Source: Felis catus
Lineage: Eukaryota
Reading direction: 5' to 3'
Assembly (NCBI RefSeq): GCF_018350175.1
Contig: NC_058368.1
Span: 161,760,001-161,824,000 of the forward strand
Length of the DNA: 64,000 bases
Below the pieces are notes generated by a model. The model was not told the origin of the DNA and ran no database searches. It saw only the letters and a list, made by a program, of their open reading frames with translations. The position numbers and the translations under genes were made by a program. Positions 63,291 through 64,000 of this stretch are shown in pieces. How positions within the stretch are numbered: position 1 is the stretch's first letter; each line of letters opens with the position of its first letter.

Positions 63291-63429
63291 GAATTAAGAC
63301 CAAGCTATATACATATACCTTTTGAATGCATTTCTTACCAAATTACATTTTTAATGGGACAGTTTAAATTTGATTATCTTGGTCTAAAAGCATATTGGAA
63401 TATGGAAAAATAGAGATGACATACTTTTT

Positions 63430-64000
63430 ACTATTTCTTCCAAAAAGCATAACTAAATACACCAGACATTATACTTAAATGTAAGGAGAATCTAAAACAT
63501 GGGGAGAAGAGGCAGACTGAATGAAGTCAAGACCCAGAAATGACATGATGGTGAGTCCTGTGGATTTTGTTTTGGCCTCATATATCTCATACTTCAACCT
63601 GAAGAAGCTGGAAACCCCAGAAAACCAAAAGGTACTGCCAAAAAAATACCCTCAACAAGCCTGCTCTCTTGAGTAGGGCTGAAAAGGGGACAGCCTAGCA
63701 AGACAGAAAACTTTTAGACAAGAATGCCTCTATTTTAGCCAAATACCATAGAATATACTGTGACACCATCTCCATCCATGACAATAAATTTTCACCCTTG
63801 GGAAGCTGTACTGAAGTACCCCAACATTTCCTTTGGGGTAACGTGGAGAAAGTCAAATAGAGGTCTGAAACGTATCCCAGCTACCTGGTTAACAAAGCCC
63901 TTCTCCAACATAGTGTCAGTAGGGACCCTGTGGGAAACCTAAACTTCCACCCCCACAAACATCAATGAATGACCCCTCCCCTCTTCCTCTGGAGTATTCT
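63430..64000 (+). mobile_element. Probable old L1M 5'-region fragment
   Basis: cataactaaa..ccagacattata...ggagaagaggcagact...gacccagaaatgacatgatggtgag resembles L1MC-type 5' ends. Confidence 0.45.

Overview
Mammalian genomic DNA, almost certainly a felid (cat-like): it carries many Felidae-type Can-SINEs (SINEC_Fc-like) and carnivore L1s. The only protein-coding sequence I can support is coding exon 1 of ST8SIA4 (polysialyltransferase PST), on the minus strand at 413->301 ([40 protein letters not shown] donor at 300). The supplied ORF track misses it. It lies in a CpG island with a TATA-less CCAAT/GC-box promoter, an 82-codon upstream ORF, an (AC)22 tract and a G-quadruplex motif. The remaining ~62 kb is AT-rich upstream intergenic DNA dominated by transposon relics. 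These include a decayed ERVL (LTR16-family) provirus with recognisable gag, a ~6.9-kb full-length L1 inserted in its LTR, and a young SINE inserted in that L1. There is also a twin-primed (5'-inverted) L1, at least 14 SINEs, MLT1/MLT2/MER34-like LTRs, MER58A, L2/MIR and microsatellites. I found no convincing new multi-gene system. The best leads are regulatory (uORF, promoter non-B DNA, L1-borne CTCF motifs, a possible divergent transcript) and evolutionary (chimeric ERVL, nested insertions). Repeat family names are from recalled consensus sequences, not a database search.
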